64,000 bases of DNA from Octopus vulgaris (lineage: Eukaryota), in NCBI GenBank assembly GCA_951406725.2, contig OX597837.1:42532001-42596000 (forward strand). The letters are read 5' to 3'. The notes beneath the pieces are model-generated. The model ran no database searches and was not told the origin of the DNA. It was given only the letters and a program-made list of their open reading frames with translations. Numbering within the stretch: the first letter of the stretch is position 1; the number at the start of each line of letters is the position of its first letter. The position numbers and the translations under genes are program-made. Positions 63,790 to 64,000 of this stretch are shown in pieces.

Positions 63790-64000
63790 TTGTGGTAATA
63801 GTCGACTGAAGTTCACTTTACAACCATGTAGTTTCACGTTCAGTCCTACTACACAGCACCTTGGACAAGGGTCTGGATAAACAATACCTTGTGAGTGAAT
63901 TTGGTGGATGGAAGCTATGTGTGTGCACATGCATTTGTGCATGTCTTTTCATCACTTGGAAACTAGTGTTGGTTTATTTACGTCTCCACAGTATAGTGGT
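63790..64000 (+). mobile_element. SINE family A, running off the window end
   Basis: GTTCAGTCCTAC…CACCTTGGACAAG…TTGTGAGTGAATTTGGTGGATGGAA. Confidence 0.75.

Noticed and set aside
1-64000. Prokaryotic or viral systems (operons, defence islands, prophage, rRNA)
   Set aside because: There are no long ORFs, no gene-dense segment and no rRNA motifs. The content is eukaryotic repeat-rich DNA throughout.

Overview
Strongly AT-rich, microsatellite-saturated eukaryotic non-coding DNA. It is probably intronic or intergenic. The SINE and MITE repertoire looks like that of a coleoid cephalopod, most likely Octopus, but this is recognition from memory and was not searched. I could not identify any intact protein-coding gene. 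Almost all ORF-track entries are artefacts of microsatellites or SINEs. The window is a layered record of transposons: four or more SINE families (called A-D here), TTAA piggyBac-type MITEs, hAT, Tc1 and Tigger MITEs, a telomere-repeat-carrying MITE, non-autonomous Helitrons, decayed RTE and R4/Dong-type LINE fragments, a Tigger/pogo transposase pseudogene, Penelope-like tails with hammerhead motifs and a tRNA-Asp pseudogene. The top leads are: (1) a composite element with a Pol III tRNA head, an (AAT)n linker and a Penelope-type hammerhead-ribozyme tail (36690-36996); (2) a young SINE family whose target-site duplications repeatedly begin GGTA(T/C), which inserts into relatives and forms 184-bp head-body-body arrays; (3) several local hairpins and low-confidence small exons of an unidentified host gene. 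Repeat boundaries were read by eye and are approximate unless a TSD or TIR fixes them.
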